Positions 1 through 9,300 are shown, numbered from the stretch's first letter. The stretch: 64,000 nt of DNA from Candidatus Latescibacterota bacterium (GCA_965206595.1 OZ242214.1:6784001-6848000), one strand, 5' to 3'. Made by a program: numbers and translations. The notes: a model not told the origin generated them from the letters alone.

Positions 1-180
1 CTTCTGGAATGCTTCTGTGTATTTGCCAAGATCATGAAAAAGCCCGGCCAAGCCTGCGGCCTTACCTGTTCCAAACTTGGCTCCTCGTGCCTCCGCCCCG
101 GCTTGAACCTTAAGCAGGTGCTCCCGTAGCGGCTGCCAGTATTCTTTCGACTGATCTGCGAGAGAGTGAGCATAGTACAT
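1..180 (-). CDS. cas3: CRISPR-associated Cas3 HD-nuclease N-terminus (partial, runs off the left edge)
   Basis: Manual translation from ATG at 180: MYYAHSLADQSKEYWQPLREHLLKVQAGAEARGAKFGTGKAAGLAGLFHDLGKYTEAFQK; YAHS...L.EHL..V...AGLxHDLGK...FQ is the Cas3 HD signature. Confidence 0.85.
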   Translation of the reverse strand, partial: MYYAHSLADQSKEYWQPLREHLLKVQAGAEARGAKFGTGKAAGLAGLFHDLGKYTEAFQK

Positions 181-203
181 TATTGCACTGCACCTTGCGC
201 CCG

Positions 204-1661
204 TTAGTCGAACAGCTTCGGCAGCTGGTTGTTCAGCGTGATGATGGTGAAATACCCGAAGAAGGCGCAGGACCAGACGATGGCTGCGAAGCGGACCACC
301 GACATCTTCAGCCCGGCTCCGAGGATGCGGTTGTTCATCCACAGCAGCAGCACCGAATAGAGCAGCATCACCCCCCCGTTCAGCGAGGCGCTGAGCACCA
401 GCAGCACCAGCGGCTGGGTGAAGCCTGGAACCGCCAGGCCCGCCAGCATGATGAGGCAGCCGAGCGCAATCTGCCCCCACAGCAGGGCGAAGTAGAGCCG
501 GTTGTCGGGCCAGCGCTCGCTGTCGCGCAGCCAGTTCACCTTGATGATGTCGGTCGAGATGCGGGCGCAGGCGTCGAGAAGCCCCAGCTCCGTCGTCAGC
601 AGGATGGCGACTCCCATCCACAGGAAGGCGTGCTCGAACAGGGCCCCGTAGCGCTCGCCGATGAACTCCCCCTCGACGCGGATGAAGCCGATCCCGCTTC
701 CGAGCTCCGGCAGGTGGCGGGTGGTCGCGTAGGCGATGAGCGACAGCATCATCAGCGAAACGACGGACAGCATGTAGAAGCTGAGCAGGTGCTCCCTGTT
801 GGCGGCCTTCCACCAGGCGCGCCAACGGCTGGCGTTTTCCGGTGTCGCCTCGAAGTGGTAGCCGACCCCGGCGACGACCTCTTCCCTGCCTGTCAGCGGG
901 CTCGTCAAGCGCCCGGCGAAGCGCCCCATGGCATACCCCTTCTCGCGCACGTAGTCGCTCTGCACCAGGTTCATCGTCCCCCCGGCCCCGGCGAACGCTA
1001 TGGCGCCGAGCAGCAGGGGCAGCTCCATGCCCTCCGGGACGTGGCCGACGTTGAGGATGCCTGCGAACATGTCGGCGACGTGGGTCATCCTCACGACGAG
1101 GAAGAACAGCGCGATCATCGCCAGGAAGATCGCGGCGATCAGGACCATCTGGATCTTCTCGACGGTGTTGTAGACCACCGGGCCCAGGGTCAGGGCCAGG
1201 CCGACGGCGATCAGGCTGGCGATCGAGTAGGCGACCCGCACGCCCTCGCCGCCTCCCAGCTCCCAGGTCATAATCGTCGCCGCTCCCGAGGCCCAGCCGG
1301 GCCACATCCAGGGGACGATGTTGCAGAGCAGGAAGATGCCCGCCCAGTGCTTCCACAGGCGGCAGAACCCGGTGACCGCGGTCTCGCCGGTCGCCAGGGT
1401 CCAGCGCTCGATCTCCATGTTGATGAAGTACTGGGTGGTGATGCCGACCATGCAGGCCCAGAACACCGCGAAGCCGAACTTGTAGGAGATGTAGGGCCAG
1501 AGCACGAACTCGCCGCTGCCGATCGAAAGCCCGAGCAGCAGCAGGCTCGGGCCGATCAGCCTCTTCCAGGGAGGGGCTTCCGGCAGGTCGCGGTACGAGA
1601 CCGGCGGCAGGTTCGAGCTGGGAATGACCTCGTGCGGGACGGTGCCGCCCGGCATCGTCAC
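204..1661 (-). CDS. Nramp-like (APC superfamily) membrane transporter
   Basis: 485 aa, many hydrophobic segments, GPSLLLLGLSIGSGE motif. Confidence 0.75.
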   Translation of the reverse strand: MTMPGGTVPHEVIPSSNLPPVSYRDLPEAPPWKRLIGPSLLLLGLSIGSGEFVLWPYISYKFGFAVFWACMVGITTQYFINMEIERWTLATGETAVTGFCRLWKHWAGIFLLCNIVPWMWPGWASGAATIMTWELGGGEGVRVAYSIASLIAVGLALTLGPVVYNTVEKIQMVLIAAIFLAMIALFFLVVRMTHVADMFAGILNVGHVPEGMELPLLLGAIAFAGAGGTMNLVQSDYVREKGYAMGRFAGRLTSPLTGREEVVAGVGYHFEATPENASRWRAWWKAANREHLLSFYMLSVVSLMMLSLIAYATTRHLPELGSGIGFIRVEGEFIGERYGALFEHAFLWMGVAILLTTELGLLDACARISTDIIKVNWLRDSERWPDNRLYFALLWGQIALGCLIMLAGLAVPGFTQPLVLLVLSASLNGGVMLLYSVLLLWMNNRILGAGLKMSVVRFAAIVWSCAFFGYFTIITLNNQLPKLFD

Positions 1662-2746
1662 TTCCAGGCCAGCAGGGGATGGCTGCGGTTCGCCATCGGC
1701 AGCTCCACCCGCCCCCCGGTGATGTGCGACTCGTAGGCCCCGAGGATCATCTCGAGGGCGGCGACCGCGTCGGAGGCGCTGGAGACCGGCTTGCGGTCGG
1801 TCTCTAGCGCTTCAATCAGGTCGGCGATCGCCAGCTGGTTGCCCGTCCCCAGGGAGCCGTCCCCTGGCTCGAGCAGCGGCACCCAGGCCTGGCCGGGATC
1901 GCCGGGCATGAAGGTCCCGTGGGGATACAGCATCGCCCCGTCCGGGCTCCCGCCCCGAAGCGCCAGGATGCCGCCGCTGCCGACGATCTCCAGGCCCATG
2001 CGCATGCCGTCGCCGCCGGAAGCCTCGACGCGGGAATCGAAATGGCCGCTGACCCCGGACTGGAAGGCGAAGTAGGAGTAGATGCTGTCCCCGGCCACCG
2101 ATCCTATCGGCTCGGTCGGCTCGCGCACGTCCGCAGGGGTGGCCTCCCGGCCCTCGACGCTGACGTGCCCGGACATCCAGCGCACGTCGCCGAGGAGAAA
2201 CCGCATCATGTTGAACAGGTGGGTCCCCAGCACCATCATGTCCTCGCCGCCGCCGCGCCGGTCCTGCTTGCCGTGGGCGTACACCGCCTGCACATCGCCG
2301 ATCCTGCCGCCTTCAAGCGCCTCCCTTACGGCGCGCGCCTGCGGCAGGTACACCCCCTGGTGGGCTACGGCGATCTTCTTTCCCAGCTGCTCGGCCCTGG
2401 AGACCAGAAGGTCTCCGTCGGCCAGGTTGGAGGTCATCGGTTTCTCGCAGTACACGTGGGCTCCGGCCTCCATGCAGGCGGTCACCAGCTCGACGTGGCA
2501 GCCGGGCCAGCGCGGGCCGACGCTGACGATGTCGAGCTCCTCGCCGGCGAGCATCCGCTCGTGATCGGCATAGGAGCGCGGGGCACCGGTCTCCTGCTGC
2601 GCCTTTGCCCGGCCCTCCTCGTCCGGGTCGCTCACGGCGACGAATTCGACGCCCTCGTTTCCCTCGTACGCCAGGTGCAACCCGTGGCCGAAGCCGCCTG
2701 CCCCGGTGTGGCCGATCGCCGCGGCCTTGTAGGTCTTTTCCGTCAT
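1658..2746 (-). CDS. Gfo/Idh/MocA family oxidoreductase
   Basis: N-terminal Rossmann fold, HVYCEKP motif; 4-bp overlap with the transporter gene. Confidence 0.9.
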   Translation of the reverse strand: MTEKTYKAAAIGHTGAGGFGHGLHLAYEGNEGVEFVAVSDPDEEGRAKAQQETGAPRSYADHERMLAGEELDIVSVGPRWPGCHVELVTACMEAGAHVYCEKPMTSNLADGDLLVSRAEQLGKKIAVAHQGVYLPQARAVREALEGGRIGDVQAVYAHGKQDRRGGGEDMMVLGTHLFNMMRFLLGDVRWMSGHVSVEGREATPADVREPTEPIGSVAGDSIYSYFAFQSGVSGHFDSRVEASGGDGMRMGLEIVGSGGILALRGGSPDGAMLYPHGTFMPGDPGQAWVPLLEPGDGSLGTGNQLAIADLIEALETDRKPVSSASDAVAALEMILGAYESHITGGRVELPMANRSHPLLAWK

Positions 2747-2811
2747 GATTCACCCTTTCCGGTTCGTTGCAAAGGCGGTCAATTTAGGCGCGCCCGTCTT
2801 GACCTGCCAGA

Positions 2812-3585
2812 GTGCGGCGGGCGATTTTCCGGTCCTTGAAACCGCGCACCCTGTTCAAAAGACTCCACGACTGTTACGGCCCCCAGGGCTGGTGGCCGAC
2901 GACCCCGGAAAACGAGATCACTCCCCGGTACTACCCGGGTGCGACACGGCGCCGCTTGAGCGACCGCGAGCGCTGGGAGATCGTCGTCGGGGCGATCCTC
3001 ACGCAGAACACCTCCTGGCGCAACGCCGAGCAGGCGCTGACCGCCCTCGCCCGGCGGCGGATCCGGACTCCCCGGAAACTGTGCGGGGTACCTGTCGAGA
3101 AGCTCGCAGAAGTGATTCGATCTTCCGGGTACTACAACCAGAAGGCGGAGCGGTTGCGCGGACTCGCAGGCCACGTGGTTGAGAACTACGGGGGCAGCAC
3201 CACCGCGATGCTGCGCCGGCCCACCGCCTCCCTGCGCGGCGAGCTGCTCTCCCTGATGGGGATCGGACCCGAGACCGCGGACTCCATCCTGCTGTACGCC
3301 GGCGGCCATCCCTGTTTCGTCGTCGACGCCTACACTCGGCGAATCTGCTCCCGGCTCGGCTGGGTCGATAACGGCGCCGGCTACGAGGAGCTGCAAACCC
3401 TGTTCACCTCGGCGCTGCCGGCCGACGCCGGTCTGTTCGAGGAGTACCACGCGCTCCTGGTGCGGCACGCGGTAGAACGCTGCCGCGCCAAGCCGGAATG
3501 CCGCGGCTGTTGCCTGCGCCGCGGCTGCCGGTTTCCCGGAGACCAGAGAGCGGCTCGCGAGCGGGCGGCTCACGGAAAGGACTGA
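2812..3585 (+). CDS. Endonuclease III-related HhH-GPD protein with 4Fe-4S motif
   Basis: GAILTQNTSW, LLSLMGIGPETADSILLY, VVDAY, C-terminal CRAKPECRGCCLRRGC. Confidence 0.9.
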   Translation: MRRAIFRSLKPRTLFKRLHDCYGPQGWWPTTPENEITPRYYPGATRRRLSDRERWEIVVGAILTQNTSWRNAEQALTALARRRIRTPRKLCGVPVEKLAEVIRSSGYYNQKAERLRGLAGHVVENYGGSTTAMLRRPTASLRGELLSLMGIGPETADSILLYAGGHPCFVVDAYTRRICSRLGWVDNGAGYEELQTLFTSALPADAGLFEEYHALLVRHAVERCRAKPECRGCCLRRGCRFPGDQRAARERAAHGKD

Positions 3586-3586
3586 G

Positions 3587-4540
3587 ATGACAACTGCTAT
3601 CGAGGCTGTCGGCGGCTCGCGCCCGCTCGAGGTCGCCGAGTTCGCCCGCCGGGCTCACGCCTACGTTTCCCACCCGGGCCGCAACCCGCTGAAGGAGATC
3701 CTCGACCGCCATGCCACGGTCGCCGAGACCCCTCCCCTCCTGGGGATCTTCAACGACATCCCGTGGCACCAGTTCCGCGAGAGCGAGGCGCACGCCTGGG
3801 CCAAGGCAGGTTTCTCCTGGATCGTCAACGACGCCGAGCACCGGCAGCGCGAGGGCTGGTACGGGACCGAGCAGAACGCCGCGGAGTGCCGCCTCGGTCT
3901 GCTCGCGGTCCAGCGCCTGCACCGCGAGGCCCTGAGCTCCCACGGCGACGCCTTCCAGCTCGGGGCGCGCGCCACCATGAGGCCGTACGGAACCACCTAC
4001 GAGGAGGCGGAGGTGTTCTACCGGTCGGTCCAGTTCCCCATACCCGGGCAGGCGACCGCGGTCGACCGCGGCGGCTACCCGGTGCGCACCGGCGACCGCA
4101 CAATGTGCTTCACCCCGGATTCCCTGCGCGGCGCCGAGACCGAAACCCAGGGCTGGCTGCAGTTCGAAACCGCCGAGTACATCATCGATTCCGGTCTGCG
4201 CGACCGGCTGCTCGACCTGATGGCCGCCCAGGGCCGCAACAAGGCCTGCGGGTTCGTCGGCCCCTTCGACGCCATCCTGCGCGAGGGGGACCTCCCCGAA
4301 GTAGAGGACGCCATTGACGCGCTTTTCCGCGCCGCGGCCGAAAGGGGGGTGCATCTCGGGCGCGTGGTCGGCAGCGGTTCGATGGAAGACCCCGAGGATA
4401 TCGAGGACAACATGGTGCGGGCGATGGAGAACGGCTGCCGCCTCCTCTGCGTCCACCCGATGACCAGCGACCTTCCCTTGCGCGGGGCCATGGCGGTCTC
4501 CGAGCCGTTCTTCAGGGCGGCGGAGCGCTGCGGATTCTGA
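3587..4540 (+). CDS. HpcH/HpaI aldolase-like protein (divergent)
   Basis: GFSWIVNDAEH, QFET, FVGPFD resemble HpcH/HpaI motifs. Confidence 0.6.
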   Translation: MTTAIEAVGGSRPLEVAEFARRAHAYVSHPGRNPLKEILDRHATVAETPPLLGIFNDIPWHQFRESEAHAWAKAGFSWIVNDAEHRQREGWYGTEQNAAECRLGLLAVQRLHREALSSHGDAFQLGARATMRPYGTTYEEAEVFYRSVQFPIPGQATAVDRGGYPVRTGDRTMCFTPDSLRGAETETQGWLQFETAEYIIDSGLRDRLLDLMAAQGRNKACGFVGPFDAILREGDLPEVEDAIDALFRAAAERGVHLGRVVGSGSMEDPEDIEDNMVRAMENGCRLLCVHPMTSDLPLRGAMAVSEPFFRAAERCGF

Positions 4541-4542
4541 AG
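4418..4542 (+). repeat. 125-bp direct repeat copy 1 (3' end of the aldolase-like gene)
   Basis: Matches 5583-5707 with 4 mismatches by manual alignment. Confidence 0.95.
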
Positions 4543-4694
4543 GGCCGTCGGGGTTTTGGTCCCGTGCGGATCCGTTGCGCCCACGCGAGGCGTCCCATCG
4601 TCGTCGACGTTTTGGGCGTTCGGAAAGATTCGACCGTTACAGAGCCTCGGAAAGGACCTGCCATGTATTGCCTCCCGAGACAGACTATTCAGAT

Positions 4695-4711
4695 ATTCTG
4701 ATTATCAGAAT
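4695..4711. promoter_or_regulatory. Palindromic putative operator for antitoxin autoregulation
   Basis: ATTCTGAT-T-ATCAGAAT, 20 bp upstream of the AbrB-type gene. Confidence 0.55.
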
Positions 4712-4731
4712 TTTAAACCAAGGGGCTTCTC

Positions 4732-5025
4732 ATGGCTGAGGCGATCAGGATCGGCAAGAGGGGGACCGTGGTAATCCCCGCACAGCTGCGCAGGATGTAC
4801 GGCTTGGAGGAAGGATCGATGGTTATCGTGGATGGTCGCGACGACGGTGTCCTCATCCGGCCGGCGGTGGCCTTGCCCATCGAGAGCTATTCGGCGCAGC
4901 GCAAGGCGGAGTTCCTGCTGTCGAACGCCGTCGATGACCTGGACTACGAGTGGGCTTGCAAGCAGGTTCGGGAGCTGGGGCTCGACCCGGCAGACATTCC
5001 GCACGAAAAGCCTCGAGATCCCTGA
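4732..5025 (+). CDS. AbrB/MazE/SpoVT family antitoxin (VapB-like)
   Basis: IGKRGTVVIPAQLRRMYGLEEG swapped-hairpin motif; directly upstream of a PIN gene. Confidence 0.85.
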   Translation: MAEAIRIGKRGTVVIPAQLRRMYGLEEGSMVIVDGRDDGVLIRPAVALPIESYSAQRKAEFLLSNAVDDLDYEWACKQVRELGLDPADIPHEKPRDP

Positions 5026-5028
5026 CCG

Positions 5029-5459
5029 TTGGACCGGGTCTTCCTCGACGCCAACGTGCTCTTCAGCGCGGCGTACGGCAGTCCGGGGTTGGTTGGACTC
5101 TGGACCGCGGCCCGGGACGGCCGGTGTGAGTTGGTGGCATCGGAGTACGTGATCGACGAGTCGGACGGAACCTCGGAGACACGGCGCAGCGCGCCGCGCT
5201 GGACAGCCTCCTCAGTGCCGTCCGACTCGTCGCGGAGGGTCCGGCCGACACGCCATGTCCGCTATTACTTCCGGACAAGGATCGTCCCGTCTGGTTGGCA
5301 GCCGTGGCAGCAGGTGCCACACACCTGTTGACGGGAGATGTGCGTCACTTCGGCTCGCATTTCGGCAAGAAGGTGCAGGGCGTACACATCCTGCGCCCAG
5401 CATCCTACCTTGCACGCGACACACCTGCGGAGGAGTCTGCTACCTCCGAAGGCGTTTGA
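5029..5459 (+). pseudogene. PIN-domain (VapC-like) toxin, frameshifted near 5160
   Basis: VFLDANVLFSA in the first frame; the second frame continues ...LPDKDRPVWLAAVAAGATHLLTGDVRHFG... to TGA at 5457-5459. Confidence 0.85.
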
Positions 5460-5582
5460 TCTGAACACATTCGACCTGAGCGCCGATGCTTGACCGAACA
5501 GCTTGACGATCCTCCCATCCAGCAGGCATCGGATGCGCCAGCCGGCGTCCACCTCTACCGGCTGGTCGGGTACGACCCGGGA

Positions 5583-5707
5583 CGGGCGATGGAGAACGGC
5601 TGCCGCCTCCTCTGCGTCCACCCGATGACCAGCGACCTTCCTTTGCGCGGGGCCATGGCGGTATCCGAGCCCTTCTTCAGGGCGGCGGAGGGCTGCGGAT
5701 TCTGAAG
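5583..5707 (+). repeat. 125-bp direct repeat copy 2 (duplicated aldolase 3' end)
   Basis: Encodes RAMENGCRLLCVHPMTSDLPLRGAMAVSEPFFRAAEGCGF, as in the C-terminus of 3587-4540. Confidence 0.95.
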
Positions 5708-5726
5708 CGGAAGCGGGCTGCGGGTG

Positions 5727-7001
5727 CTACCCGATGTACTCGGGAGCCCCGTCCCTGTTGACGACGTGGCTGCGCGCGGGGATCTGCGTGTTGCCGGGGA
5801 TGACGAGGTCCAGGGTCGACTCGTTCTCGACGATCGTACCGTCGCCGATCCTGACGCCGTCCCCCACCAGCAGACGCCCGGGGTTGGCGCCTGTCGACTT
5901 GACCGTTCCGACGACCACCGAGGAACCGATGCGGCAGTCGCGCCCCACTTCGACGAGGCCGTAGATCTCGGTGTTCGCTCCGATCGCCGAGCGGTCCCCT
6001 ATGATCACGGGGCCGATCAGGTTGGCGTCGGTGCCGATGAAGACGCCGTCCCCCAGCCGCGGGTGGCGGCGCCGCAGCCGCCGCGACAATCCGCCGAGGG
6101 TGCAGGGCATCAGGTGGCAGCCGGAACCGATGACGCCGGTCTGGCCGGTGGTTATCCCGCGGTGGGGATGGTCGAGGAAGTTGGCGTCGCCGATCTCGGT
6201 CTCCGGGTGGATGTCGGCCTGGTAGTAGCGCCCCCCCAGCTCGGCGATGGCGCGCGGCAGCAGGGGAACGGGCAGGCGGCTCAGCTGCGGGTTGCCGGCA
6301 ACCGCTCCCGAGCGGGTGAGGGAGTGGGCGACGTCGTGGTAGAACAGCACCCGCCAGCCGGGATAGGTGCTCATCACCAGCTGCATCTGGTAATCGAAGA
6401 TGGAATCGCACTTCAGGGTTTTGAGGAACTCGCGGTACTGACCAAAGTCCCGTTCGGCTATGGCCCGGTCGAGGTGCCGGCCGAACTCGAGCCCGGCGAG
6501 CTCCCCGGCGGACAATCCGCAGGTCTGCAACAGGTAGGCGTCCCAGACCGCCGGATCCTTCAGCGAGGCGAAGCGGTTCCAGCGCGAGCGCTCCTTGAGC
6601 CCGGGCAGCTCCCAGAGCAGGGCGAAAGTCGCGGCCAGCGCCGCCTCCTCGAGACGCTCCTCCTCGCCGGCGGCCAGCAGCGACTGGGCGACCATGGCGT
6701 AGACCTGGTCGGCGATCTCACCGAGGGCGGAGTCGAGCCCCTGCTTCGCCTGCGGCGCCACCGCGTTGTGCGACCCCGGAGCGACGCACTCCAGCAGGTT
6801 GCCGAGCACGGTTTCGAGGATGTCCCGGTTGACGAAACCGCGGCCGGAGCGCTGCGACAGGATCTCGGGGTCGACAGGATCGATGCGCAGGGCCTCGATC
6901 TCTTCCGGGGCGTACTCGCCGCGCAGGCGCTCGACCACCTCGCCCAGGAAATCGGCCTTGCCCTTCTCGTACTTCCTGTCGAACAGGGTGGCGGTGCTCA
7001 T
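5727..7001 (-). CDS. Serine O-acetyltransferase-like hexapeptide-repeat protein with long N-terminal extension
   Basis: YPG..., DIHP..EIG...FLDH, RRHPRLGDGVFIG; start at ATG 7001 (MSTATLFD), just after rhaM. Confidence 0.7.
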   Translation of the reverse strand: MSTATLFDRKYEKGKADFLGEVVERLRGEYAPEEIEALRIDPVDPEILSQRSGRGFVNRDILETVLGNLLECVAPGSHNAVAPQAKQGLDSALGEIADQVYAMVAQSLLAAGEEERLEEAALAATFALLWELPGLKERSRWNRFASLKDPAVWDAYLLQTCGLSAGELAGLEFGRHLDRAIAERDFGQYREFLKTLKCDSIFDYQMQLVMSTYPGWRVLFYHDVAHSLTRSGAVAGNPQLSRLPVPLLPRAIAELGGRYYQADIHPETEIGDANFLDHPHRGITTGQTGVIGSGCHLMPCTLGGLSRRLRRRHPRLGDGVFIGTDANLIGPVIIGDRSAIGANTEIYGLVEVGRDCRIGSSVVVGTVKSTGANPGRLLVGDGVRIGDGTIVENESTLDLVIPGNTQIPARSHVVNRDGAPEYIG

Positions 7002-7009
7002 CGGCGCGG

Positions 7010-7318
7010 TCAGTCCTGGTGAAACGCCTCTTCGAGCATGGTGACCGCCGGAGTGGAGTCGTCGTTGTAGACCATCAGCGGCTCCATGTAGGTCCACCAC
7101 TTGCGCATCAGCTCGTAGCCGGGCAGCTCGTCGAGGGCGCCCGGGTCGTCGATCTCGAGGTAGGCGAACAAGGTCAGGCCGTCGCGAAAGATCGTGTAGT
7201 TCCTGATGCCGGTATCGTGGAGAAGCTGCGTCAGCTCCGGCCAGATCTCGTCGTGCCGTTTTTTGTACTCCACCTCGTTTCCCGGCTTGAGGTTCATGCG
7301 GAAGCCTACTCTCGCCAT
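7010..7318 (-). CDS. rhaM: L-rhamnose mutarotase
   Basis: EYKKRHDEIWPEL...GIRNYTIF...KWWTYM...LEEAFH; ATG 7318. Confidence 0.9.
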   Translation of the reverse strand: MARVGFRMNLKPGNEVEYKKRHDEIWPELTQLLHDTGIRNYTIFRDGLTLFAYLEIDDPGALDELPGYELMRKWWTYMEPLMVYNDDSTPAVTMLEEAFHQD

Positions 7319-7552
7319 CGTTTCTCTCCGTCGCTGGGGGATTGATCTCCGGTGTTGGACCGAGTGCGGAAAACACCGGCAGGTAGCTCGCTTGATTTCG
7401 ACTAAGATACTGTTTTTACAGGGGATGGCAATTGTCTGGGAGCGATGCGAAGCTTGACGCGGAAGGGAAAACCGGGTAGGGTATCTCCCTAAAAATTGAG
7501 GGAAGCCCCCGGAGATCCAGGGCGGCGGCAACCCTCCGAGGAGGTATTTGAC

Positions 7553-8716
7553 GTGGGCAACGAGCTCGGAAAGTACGAAACACTATTGAACCTGACGCGG
7601 CTTCTCTACAAAGCGTACGAAGCCGACAGGCCAAAGCCGTTCAATCTATTCACTGTTTTGCGGAGCTCGCACGACGAGGTGAACCTTCACTCGCGGTTCC
7701 TGGCCGCACTGCTGGATCACCAGGACAGTTCCAGCAAGAGCCTGGAGAACTTGAAAGATTTGGTCGAAACTGTTCTGAAAATCGATGGCCAATTCGATTT
7801 TTCAAAGGCGAGGGTCGAACGTGAAAGAGACCACATCGACATCTTGGTAACCTTCGGGACTCACCAGGCAATAGTAGTCGAGAACAAAATATATGCCGAA
7901 GATCAGGAAAGGCAGTTGGATAGGTACTGGGACACGGAGAAGAAAAAAGGGGTCGACGAGATTCATCTCGTATACCTCACCCTTGACGGAAAGAGTCCCT
8001 CCGAGGAAAGTTTGGGTTCTTTGGAGGAATCCATTCGGCCTGAACTTATAGGGTATAATTCGAACGATTTTCAGAATTGGCTCCGAAACTGCCATCAGCG
8101 AGCCTCCGGCGAACCGGAGCTGCGCGAATCAATCGTCCAGTACCTGCGGCTTGTCCAAGATCTGACAGGTACTGCCAGTAAAGGGGGATACATGGATGCA
8201 TTGAAGGAGTTGCTGGGCCAGGGAAACGGAGACTATCTGCGCTTGGCGAACGAACTTTCCGGGGCCGCACTTGACCTGATGGTTGATCTACAGAACGATT
8301 TTTGGGAAAAGCTGAAACAAGAGACCGAAACAGAGACAGGAATGAAATTAGAGCATTTTGGACCAGGCTCTGATTTGAAAGACGACATACGTTTGTATTA
8401 TACTCGAAACAGACAGTGGTATGGAATTCGTGGTTCTGTTGAATCCAGGAATTTGGCTCTGATGGCTGAGATATCAATCGGATACGGCCTTATTTGTGGG
8501 ATAGAAAATTTCCCGAGAAGCCCCCAAGATCCGAAGTGGCTACGCGACAAAGGCAGTGGGGAAAATATGGCGTATGGTGCCGGAGAAGATTTCAAATTGG
8601 ATTTAAATAATATTTATAAGTTTGCGATGAAAGAAGACAAGCGCAGAGAGTATGCACAAAAAATGGCGCATAAACTGCACAAGATGCATAAGCGAGTACA
8701 AAACTGGGAGAAATAG
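7553..8716 (+). CDS. PD-(D/E)XK nuclease family protein (PDDEXK_4-like)
   Basis: EVNLHSRFLAALLD, IDIL...VVENKIYAEDQERQLDRY, LVYLTLDG; GAGGAGG RBS before GTG 7553; lower GC than flanks. Confidence 0.85.
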   Translation: MGNELGKYETLLNLTRLLYKAYEADRPKPFNLFTVLRSSHDEVNLHSRFLAALLDHQDSSSKSLENLKDLVETVLKIDGQFDFSKARVERERDHIDILVTFGTHQAIVVENKIYAEDQERQLDRYWDTEKKKGVDEIHLVYLTLDGKSPSEESLGSLEESIRPELIGYNSNDFQNWLRNCHQRASGEPELRESIVQYLRLVQDLTGTASKGGYMDALKELLGQGNGDYLRLANELSGAALDLMVDLQNDFWEKLKQETETETGMKLEHFGPGSDLKDDIRLYYTRNRQWYGIRGSVESRNLALMAEISIGYGLICGIENFPRSPQDPKWLRDKGSGENMAYGAGEDFKLDLNNIYKFAMKEDKRREYAQKMAHKLHKMHKRVQNWEK

Positions 8717-8749
8717 AGCTCCCCCAATAGTTTTAAAGGATTTCGAATT

Positions 8750-8972
8750 ATGAAACTGACCGCGGTTTTCAGAAAAGTCCCCGAGGGATACATCGGATTC
8801 GTCGAGGAACTGCCTGGCGCCAATACTCAGGGGAAAACCCTCGAAGAGGCCAGGGTAAACCTCCGGGAAGCCATTGAAATGACGCTCGAGGCCAATCGCA
8901 TCCTCGCCGAGGAATCCCTTGTGGAAGAACATGAGGTCATCCGCGAGCATGTCCGAGCATGTCATTGTATAG
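8750..8972 (+). pseudogene. hicB: HicB family antitoxin; its stop is bypassed by a 10-bp duplication
   Basis: GYIGFVEELPGANTQGKTLEEARVNLREAI; CGAGCATGTC x2 at 8944-8963 shifts the frame past TAG 8970-8972. Confidence 0.8.
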
Positions 8973-8974
8973 GC

Positions 8975-9161
8975 ATGAAAAGGATAGATGTCATCCGACA
9001 TCTTGAGAGACACGGTTGTGAGTTCCTCCGGGAAGGTGGAAATCACACTATGTACGTCAATCGCAGAAATCGAAGTTTGTCCGCTGTCCCAAGACACCGG
9101 GAGCTGAACAGGTTCCCTGGTGACAAAGATTTGCAGGGATCTGGGGATTTCTCCGCCATAG
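8975..9161 (+). pseudogene. hicA: HicA family toxin, +1 frameshift near 9116
   Basis: MKRIDVIRHLERHGCEFLREGGNHTMY...VPRHREL; the expected C-terminus LVTKICRDLGISPP* is in another frame. Confidence 0.8.
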
Positions 9162-9300
9162 TCGGTTTCCTCGATCATTCTGGCGAAAAGTATCGAGGAT
9201 CCGGGACGGGCCTTGCACGGCGGCTTTAATTCTGTCCGTATCAATACCTTCCTCACGATTCAATCCTTGAAGAGTCCAACATCCCACAGAAAGGAGAACG

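Noticed and set aside
5490-5705. 71-aa ORF as an independent gene
   Set aside because: Its C-terminal 40 aa are just the duplicated aldolase tail.
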